30,027 nucleotides of DNA, from IMG/VR virus record IMGVR_UViG_3300020044_005872, positions 1 to 30,027 of that record; one strand, 5' to 3'. The translations under genes and the position numbers were made by a program. The DNA is from a virus. Taxonomy: Duplodnaviria; Caudoviricetes. This document shows positions 8,406 through 14,477 of this stretch, piece by piece. The notes beneath the pieces were generated by a model that did not search any database, was not told the origin of the DNA, and worked only from the letters and a program-made list of their open reading frames with translations. Numbering within the stretch: position 1 is the stretch's first letter; the number at the start of each line of letters is the position of its first letter.

Positions 8406-8431
8406 TGGGGGAACTATCCCCCATTTTTTTT
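8406..8431 (+). terminator. Intrinsic terminator
   Basis: TGGGGGA-ACTA-TCCCCCA followed by a T run. Confidence 0.85.
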
Positions 8432-8452
8432 ATAAAATGTTCCTTATGGAAC

Positions 8453-8482
8453 TTGACTTATCACAAAATGTATCTATATTTG
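8453..8482 (+). promoter_or_regulatory. Bacteroidota -33/-7 promoter TTG-N19-TATATTTG
   Basis: TTG at 8453-8455 and TATATTTG at 8475-8482 match the TAnnTTTG consensus; directly after a terminator. Confidence 0.8.
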
Positions 8483-8511
8483 TAGTATAATTAAAAACAA
8501 AACGAAACAAA

Positions 8512-8691
8512 ATGAAAAAAGAAACTTTGACCTTTGACGACTACGGAGTAATGTTGAACCTTCTTATCGCACAGAAAAACAATTTGGACTTGTTCCCCAC
8601 ACAGAACTTGGAAGTAAGAAATCAAATTGAGGCGATGATGAAGCGTTTGAAGAACACTATGGGTGAAGTAAGTAAAAACGAACAATTCTAA
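8512..8691 (+). CDS. Small hypothetical early protein, 59 aa (MKKETLTFDDYGVMLNLL...), absent from the ORF track
   Basis: Translated by hand; A-rich leader after the promoter. Confidence 0.8.
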   Translation: MKKETLTFDDYGVMLNLLIAQKNNLDLFPTQNLEVRNQIEAMMKRLKNTMGEVSKNEQF

Positions 8692-8703
8692 TATTATAAA
8701 AAA

Positions 8704-8907
8704 ATGGCACAGACAAAAGACAGACAAATCGCAGCACAGAGTTCTATGAAACTCATTCTTGATTGGAGTAATTCCTGTAATAAATGTTTAACCCTCAAAG
8801 AACTAATCGCAATTAGTAATGTAATTGTGGATTATGTGGAAAATGGTTATTCCAAAGAGATTGGGGAGAGATGTGAAAAAATACAAGAACATTTAGATAG
8901 TAAGTAA
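8704..8907 (+). CDS. Small hypothetical early protein (MAQTKDRQIAAQSSMK...)
   Basis: A-rich start region; 67 aa. Confidence 0.8.
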   Translation: MAQTKDRQIAAQSSMKLILDWSNSCNKCLTLKELIAISNVIVDYVENGYSKEIGERCEKIQEHLDSK

Positions 8908-9062
8908 TGAAGAACAAGTTTATACTTTTTGCTGAATGGGTGGGGGAAAATCATTACCATCTTTTCAACATCGCAGAAGGGGTCTATTATTGGAAAAACG
9001 AACACGACACCAAAACAACGGAAGAATTGTTTGATTTATATTTGGACGAGGTTTATATTTAA
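8907..9062 (+). CDS. Small hypothetical protein, 51 aa (MKNKFILFAEW...TTEELFDLY), absent from the ORF track
   Basis: TAATG overlap; translated by hand; the FAEW...TTxEL pattern resembles small proteins of Flavobacteria phages (from memory). Confidence 0.75.
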   Translation: MKNKFILFAEWVGENHYHLFNIAEGVYYWKNEHDTKTTEELFDLYLDEVYI

Positions 9063-9066
9063 TATT

Positions 9067-9453
9067 ATGAAACAATCCTTTTATTACCCCTTTACAGACC
9101 ATACCAACGACAATAACCTAATCGTATATGTCCGTGATGAAGATAGTGTCCCTGTGATGATTTGGAACTTCTTTGGAGGTCAAGAAAGAGTGGGTTTCCT
9201 ACACATTCTATTTGAGATGAGTGATGAAGATGGTAAAGATTGTGGTAAGGGTAGTTTGATGAAAAAAATAATCTTTAACGAAGAGTTTGATTATGAAACA
9301 ATAAAATCAAACATCGGGACAATTTGGACTACAACTGACGATTATAATTTACTATCTTTTATACAAGAAGAAAAACTCGTTGGAATGTATGACGACGAAT
9401 ACTTCAACAAAAGGGTTGAGGTTTTGGATAATCTTATTGAAAATGGTGAATAG
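9067..9453 (+). CDS. Acidic hypothetical protein (MKQSFYYPF...)
   Basis: ATG 4 nt after the upstream stop; ends in TAG. Confidence 0.75.
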   Translation: MKQSFYYPFTDHTNDNNLIVYVRDEDSVPVMIWNFFGGQERVGFLHILFEMSDEDGKDCGKGSLMKKIIFNEEFDYETIKSNIGTIWTTTDDYNLLSFIQEEKLVGMYDDEYFNKRVEVLDNLIENGE

Positions 9454-9527
9454 TCATTTCGGTTTTGTTTTCATTCTATAGAACCATTTTGAAGGTAAGA
9501 AAAAAAGTAGTGCTCCCATCATTACTT
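9432..9527 (+). ncRNA. Candidate hairpin antisense RNA C plus a second small hairpin
   Basis: AAAATGGT 9440-9447 pairs with ACCATTTT 9483-9490, extended by 9432-9437/9495-9500; loop complementary to 4874-4887 and 6037-6048; small hairpin 9505-9527. Confidence 0.55.
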
Positions 9528-9557
9528 CCCCCATCTAATTCAGGTGGGGGTTTTTTT
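9528..9557 (+). terminator. Intrinsic terminator
   Basis: CCCCCATCT-AATTC-AGGTGGGGG followed by T7. Confidence 0.85.
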
Positions 9558-9585
9558 ATTTTTGGGGTGTGTTATATTTATCAGT

Positions 9586-10056
9586 ATGGCAGAAGAAAAA
9601 AGAGGTAAAGGAAGACCAAGAAAAACTATTGAGGCATTAGTCCATAGAGGTATTATTCCTAACACTTGGAAAGAGGACATTTTACAGATGGGTAGAGATG
9701 GTAAGAATAAATTACACTTCGCCAATCATCTTGGAATTACCAGAGATTTAATGTATCGTTTGATGGATAGAGACCAAGATTTTTCTGGCACTATTCATTT
9801 GGCACTTGAATATTCGCAGCAGTGGTGGGTTGATAAAATCCGTGATGGATTTGAGAACGACAAGTCCTCAAAGATGAATGCTCAACTATGGAAGTATTAT
9901 GTTGAGAATGTGTATAGAAAAGATTGGAGACCAGCCGAACAACAGATAGACATTACCACAGGGGGAGAGAAATTAAATAATCCCGACAATAAGATTATTG
10001 TGGATATTGTATTACCGAAAAAAGATGAAGACAAAGATGGAACAACACTTAATTAA
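9586..10056 (+). CDS. Terminase small subunit
   Basis: GRPRK N-terminus, HTH (FANHLGITRDLMYRL), C-terminal QQIDITTGGEKL motif; upstream of TerL. Confidence 0.8.
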   Translation: MAEEKRGKGRPRKTIEALVHRGIIPNTWKEDILQMGRDGKNKLHFANHLGITRDLMYRLMDRDQDFSGTIHLALEYSQQWWVDKIRDGFENDKSSKMNAQLWKYYVENVYRKDWRPAEQQIDITTGGEKLNNPDNKIIVDIVLPKKDEDKDGTTLN

Positions 10057-10918
10057 TGGAGACAGCGCAGATGTCTTAAAAACCTTAAAAGATAATAGTG
10101 TGGATTTATTAGCCACAGACCCACCATATGGAATTGAGTTTATGGGGAAGAGTTGGGATAAGGTATTACCCCCAAAAGAGATATGGGAGGAATGTTATAG
10201 GATATTAAAACCAGGTTCATTCATCGCAGTTATGTCCTCACCAAGAAGTGATGTATTGTATCGTATGATAAAGGACTTGGAAGATGCGGGGTTTGATATG
10301 TCGTTCTCACCTATCCTATGGACTTATCATACAGGGTTTCCAAAGGCAAGTGATACATCAAAGATGTTGGATAAAAGAGGGGTTGATTTAGATGGTAAAT
10401 ATGAAGGTAGTAAATTAGGCTTCCAACCCAAACCTGCGGTGGAACATATCATTATTGGTATGAAACCACACGGGTCAAAAAGTTATATTGATAATGTCCT
10501 AAACTTTGAGGCATTACCTGATAGTGTTAAAATGACTTATCCATTCCTTCAAGTTCCAAAACCAGCAAAGAAAGAAAAGGACTTTGGACTGACTGGTGAG
10601 GACATAGTATCACAAAAATTAAAGATGCCACACAAAGTTCAACAAGATGGAACAATAACAGAAGGAATACCAACAAGTCGTAAAAACATACACCCCACCA
10701 CAAAACCAGTTAAACTAATGTCCTACATCATCACCCTATTCACAAGGGAGGGGGATTGGGTATTAGACCCGTTCTTGGGTAGTGGAACAACTGGTATAGC
10801 ATCAAAACTTATCAACAGACAATTCATCGGTATTGAAAGGGAAAAAGAATACTTTGATATATGTGAGGAACGACTATTTGTGGATAGAGATGAACTTATT
10901 AAGTTTTTCAAGAAATGA
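10037..10918 (+). CDS. N6-adenine/N4-cytosine DNA methyltransferase, beta class
   Basis: DPPY catalytic motif N-terminal; HPTTKP and VLDPFLGSGTTG SAM-binding motif C-terminal. Confidence 0.92.
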   Translation: MEQHLINGDSADVLKTLKDNSVDLLATDPPYGIEFMGKSWDKVLPPKEIWEECYRILKPGSFIAVMSSPRSDVLYRMIKDLEDAGFDMSFSPILWTYHTGFPKASDTSKMLDKRGVDLDGKYEGSKLGFQPKPAVEHIIIGMKPHGSKSYIDNVLNFEALPDSVKMTYPFLQVPKPAKKEKDFGLTGEDIVSQKLKMPHKVQQDGTITEGIPTSRKNIHPTTKPVKLMSYIITLFTREGDWVLDPFLGSGTTGIASKLINRQFIGIEREKEYFDICEERLFVDRDELIKFFKK

Positions 10919-11301
10919 GATACTCAAAAGGTGTAATGTGGTTGGACGATTGTAGAATACCATTTGTTGATGAGCGGGATTTACAGAAAAGATTAGATGA
11001 GGAAAATAGTAGAAAGAGTGATAAGATTAGAGAAGGGTTTAGTAAAACTAAAGCAATACCAAACTTGGAACAACAAGGTAGATTCACCCCCAACCTACTT
11101 GTCTGTGATGATATGTTAAATGATGGTAGTGTGAGTAAGGGTAATAAACCTGCAAAGAGAAATAAGAACTACAGATATAGTATGGACTATGGATTGAAGG
11201 TATTTGATGGTATGGATATTATTGGATATGCAGATACAGGTTCATCTTCAAGATTTTATGACCTTGATATGTGGTTTGATAAAATGATAGAGAGTTTATG
11301 A
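10915..11301 (+). CDS. Separately encoded methyltransferase internal segment
   Basis: KGVMWLDDCRIPF, GRFTPNLLVCDD and GSSSRFYDLD resemble motifs I recall lying inside this MTase family; ATGA overlaps at both ends. Confidence 0.65.
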   Translation: MRYSKGVMWLDDCRIPFVDERDLQKRLDEENSRKSDKIREGFSKTKAIPNLEQQGRFTPNLLVCDDMLNDGSVSKGNKPAKRNKNYRYSMDYGLKVFDGMDIIGYADTGSSSRFYDLDMWFDKMIESL

Positions 11302-12473
11302 AGATACAGGCGACTAAAATATTCGCAGACATCAATACCGCCGTAGAGGACAACAAACGATACATCTTTTTAAGGGGTAGTTCAAGAAGTTCCAAAACAA
11401 CATCAGGGGTTCAATACATCATCGTAGAAGCACTCAAAACCCCCAACATATCCATTACCATAGCCCGAGCAACACAAGTGTCTATAAAGAATACTATTAT
11501 GGTTGATTTCATAGAGATATTAGACCAGATGGGTATTCTACATACGGGTAAGTTAAACAAGGTGGATATGACCTATACATTCCCAAATGGTAGTGTGATA
11601 AGGTTTGTGGGGCTTGACGATACGACAGGTCGTCTTCGTGGATTAAAAAGCACTTATGTTTTAATTGACGAATACAATACCATAGACAGAAATAGTTTCG
11701 TTCAGTTAGACATACGAACAGAAAAGTATATCATCGCTTGTTATAACCCTGAAGTAGAAGAAGATTTTTGGGGGTTTGATTACGAGAAGAAAGACAACGC
11801 AGCACTCTTCGTTTCTTCGTGGCGTGATAATCCATTTCTGTCCCAAGAAATCATCACATCAATTATGGAGTTGAAGGACATAGATTATGACCTATGGCAG
11901 ATTTATAGTGAGGGTAAATTAGTCCCCCCTCGTGAAAAAATATTTATCCAACCCGAGACATTTTCAGGGACACCAAAGAACATCAAGGCATCTTACATAG
12001 GAATTGACTTTGGATATGGAAGCGACCCCTGTGCTGTAATCAGGGTTGATGTATCAAGTGATAATAAACTATACGCCACCGAACTCCTATACGAACACGG
12101 ACTTACCAACCAAGATTTAATCTTCAGGTTGAATGAACTTGGTATATCCAAAGCCATAGACATAATCGGGGACAGCAGCGAACCCAAGAGTATTGAAGAA
12201 ATCCGTAGAGCAGGTTTCAAAATCAGGGGGGTCAAAAAAGGTGATGGTTCAGTATTATTTGGGATACAGAAAATGCGAACATTTAAGATATTTGTTAATG
12301 AACTATCAACAAACTTAATCGCAGAGTTCAAGGGATATAAGTTCAAGAGGGACAGAAGTGGTCGTCTTACATCAACCCCTGAAGGAGCACTTGGAGACCA
12401 CTTAATAGACGCCTTGAGGTATTCTGTTATGGAGTTTGTGGATAAACCAAAACCAACATATTCATTTAGATAA
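11298..12473 (+). CDS. terL: Terminase large subunit (PBSX/Terminase_3-like)
   Basis: Walker A RGSSRSSKT, Walker B VLIDE, YNP coupling motif, nuclease motifs GIDFG and DHLIDALRY. Confidence 0.95.
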   Translation: MKIQATKIFADINTAVEDNKRYIFLRGSSRSSKTTSGVQYIIVEALKTPNISITIARATQVSIKNTIMVDFIEILDQMGILHTGKLNKVDMTYTFPNGSVIRFVGLDDTTGRLRGLKSTYVLIDEYNTIDRNSFVQLDIRTEKYIIACYNPEVEEDFWGFDYEKKDNAALFVSSWRDNPFLSQEIITSIMELKDIDYDLWQIYSEGKLVPPREKIFIQPETFSGTPKNIKASYIGIDFGYGSDPCAVIRVDVSSDNKLYATELLYEHGLTNQDLIFRLNELGISKAIDIIGDSSEPKSIEEIRRAGFKIRGVKKGDGSVLFGIQKMRTFKIFVNELSTNLIAEFKGYKFKRDRSGRLTSTPEGALGDHLIDALRYSVMEFVDKPKPTYSFR

Positions 12474-12616
12474 TGGCAAAAGCAAAATCAACAAGTAGTG
12501 TAAAAACTTACCGAGCAAAACCCAAGAGGAAGAGACCTGGTATTCACGCAAAGACAAAATCGTCAAAACATAAACACGGAAGAAACTATGTTAAGGTTTC
12601 CGTCGGGCAGGGGTAA
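12473..12616 (+). CDS. Small very basic protein, 47 aa (MAKAKSTSSVKTYRAKPKRKRPGIHAK...GQG), absent from the ORF track
   Basis: TAATG overlap with the TerL stop; K/R-rich; translated by hand. Confidence 0.8.
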   Translation: MAKAKSTSSVKTYRAKPKRKRPGIHAKTKSSKHKHGRNYVKVSVGQG

Positions 12617-12630
12617 AACTATTTATTAGT

Positions 12631-13230
12631 ATGAAAATACAAATTGGCGAAACAGAATATCCTATTAGAGATTTAACCATAGAACAATATATGGTGTTAA
12701 ATCAAATCAAAGAATTAGATGATTTGGACTTCGTTGCCTTGATGACGGGAGCACCAAAGGACATACTAAAAAAGGTTAAGGTTCAAGACCTTTTATTCGC
12801 ATCAAAATACCTTAAAAACGACATCGCATTCCAAGATGAAATTGGTGAGTTGGATTTAGTAATTGAGGTGAATAATGTAAGGTATGGACTTATCAAACCA
12901 AGTGAAATGACCTTTGATGAGTTCGTCAATTTGGAAATCTTTATGGCGGAGAAACCCCTTGACTTACCAAAGATTGCGGTTCATTTATACAGACCAGTAA
13001 AGGACGATTATATCGGTGAAAATAGAAACCTTATTGAGTATGATTTACAGGAGTGTTTAAGTAGAATGGACGAGTTCAAAAAACACTTCCCCATTAAGAA
13101 ACTGATGTCGGCGCTTTTTTTTTTAATAACTTTCGGCAAAACACTTACCGACAATTTGCTAGAGTTTATGGAGACGACCAAGACCGAAGAGAAAACGCAA
13201 AACACGACGACCGAACTTCCCAAGAAATAA
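12631..13230 (+). CDS. Putative tail assembly chaperone (gpG-like), short form
   Basis: Acidic 199-aa protein containing a T10-A slippery site with an open -1 frame. Confidence 0.7.
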   Translation: MKIQIGETEYPIRDLTIEQYMVLNQIKELDDLDFVALMTGAPKDILKKVKVQDLLFASKYLKNDIAFQDEIGELDLVIEVNNVRYGLIKPSEMTFDEFVNLEIFMAEKPLDLPKIAVHLYRPVKDDYIGENRNLIEYDLQECLSRMDEFKKHFPIKKLMSALFFLITFGKTLTDNLLEFMETTKTEEKTQNTTTELPKK

Positions 13231-13403
13231 CCCAAAGTGTAATTGACTTTTACTACTCAACTTTGATGTTCGCATCGGGTGAAGACCTACTCAAAGTGGA
13301 GGGTATTGGAAAACAAAACATCTACGCTGTCCTACAATTTATCGCATACAAAATAGATAAAGAAGACAGAATGAGACGGGCACAAGAGAAGGCTGTTGGG
13401 TAA
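13119..13403 (+). CDS. -1 frameshift extension (gpGT-like) of 12631-13230
   Basis: T TTT TTA at 13119-13125; -1 frame reads FNNFRQNTYRQF...FYYSTLMFASGEDLLKVEGI...KAVG and stops at 13401-13403. Confidence 0.75.
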   Translation, partial: FFNNFRQNTYRQFARVYGDDQDRRENAKHDDRTSQEITQSVIDFYYSTLMFASGEDLLKVEGIGKQNIYAVLQFIAYKIDKEDRMRRAQEKAVG

Positions 13404-13429
13404 AATAATATTTATCAAAAAATAGTAAG

Positions 13430-13879
13430 ATGACCTATAAAGATTTAATGACTTTATTTCAAGCATTCGCAACTCAACACCCCTTCTTAAAGGGTCATTT
13501 TAGTTGGGGTAATATGAGTGATTACCAACGAAACGAATATATCCAAAAATACCCAGCGATGCACGCTGTTCCATTAACGAGTTCATTACAAGATACGGCA
13601 ACATACTTCACCTTTTCAATACTGATGTTTGATATAAACAACGAGTGGGCGGATATGTCCCAAAACTCAAATCAGTTAGATAGTTTGAGTATGTGCCACG
13701 AAATATTAAATGACTTCTATAACTGGTTCATAAACCAAATCAACGACAGAGATTTTTATTTGGAGACACCTGTGGCATTTACACCCTTCTTGGATAAGTG
13801 GAAAGAAGATGTGGTAGGTGTTGAAGCGACAATAACAATCATCAGTCAGCAGACCGCTTGTATCCCACCTCTATTGTAA
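13430..13879 (+). CDS. Putative tail terminator/completion protein
   Basis: 149 aa; YPAMH strand, acidic, size and position typical of a tail terminator. Confidence 0.55.
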   Translation: MTYKDLMTLFQAFATQHPFLKGHFSWGNMSDYQRNEYIQKYPAMHAVPLTSSLQDTATYFTFSILMFDINNEWADMSQNSNQLDSLSMCHEILNDFYNWFINQINDRDFYLETPVAFTPFLDKWKEDVVGVEATITIISQQTACIPPLL

Positions 13880-13880
13880 A

Positions 13881-14477
13881 ATGGAAGAACAATTCTTAAT
13901 CGCTCTTGGTGAGTATATCAAGTTAAGGGTTCGTAAGGCAATTAAAGACCCTAACAGAGCCCGTTATACAAAGATGGGGAGAATACCAAAGAACCCCCCA
14001 AGATATAACACCTACGCTTCAGGAAAACTATACAATAGCGTAGATTATAGAGTGATGGACGGATTGATTTATTTGTTTATGGAGGACTATGGTGTGGATT
14101 ATGTTTTTAACGATTTGTTGGACGAACAAGCAGGTTCATTTCCTGGTCAGGGTCGTTGGGCTAAAGACACAAGAGCACCTGAAGCAAAGGGGACTACAAG
14201 TCCATTACTCAACGCACTTATGAAGTGGATTGTGGATAAGGGAATACCGACCACAAATGTTAAGGGTATGGCATTCGCTATTAGAAAAAATATGTTTAAG
14301 GCAGGTTGGGCAGGAACACCATTATTTACCCCTGATGTTAATAGGGACATCTTAAACGAAAGTGAAAGATTACTTGGACTACCCGAGTATCAAGGTTTCG
14401 TAATAAACGACATATTAGACAGATTTGCTCTATTGAGTAAATCAAGTGCCCAATTTAATTTAGGAATAAATCTATGA
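13881..14477 (+). CDS. Putative neck/tail completion protein
   Basis: Basic; ASGKLYNSV and LMKWIVDKGI...AFAIRKNMFKAG motifs. Confidence 0.55.
   Translation: MEEQFLIALGEYIKLRVRKAIKDPNRARYTKMGRIPKNPPRYNTYASGKLYNSVDYRVMDGLIYLFMEDYGVDYVFNDLLDEQAGSFPGQGRWAKDTRAPEAKGTTSPLLNALMKWIVDKGIPTTNVKGMAFAIRKNMFKAGWAGTPLFTPDVNRDILNESERLLGLPEYQGFVINDILDRFALLSKSSAQFNLGINL

Noticed and set aside
8929-9066. N-terminal extension of ORF 8929-9453, and similar upstream starts at 4420, 4838, 5288, 7604, 9544 and 9998
   Set aside because: They overlap better-supported genes, promoters or terminators; downstream ATGs fit the tight gene packing.
9474-9483. Palindrome TTCTATAGAA made of the iteron half-sites
   Set aside because: It lacks the 6-nt spacer of the iterons, and a single AT-rich 10-mer is plausible by chance.
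6733-9560. tRNA genes in the intergenic hairpin regions
   Set aside because: No cloverleaf or T-loop GTTCRA in the proper context.
10014-10035. Three-block complementarity between hairpin A and the methyltransferase start region
   Set aside because: Blocks of only 6-8 A-rich nucleotides needing large bulges; not distinguishable from chance without computation.
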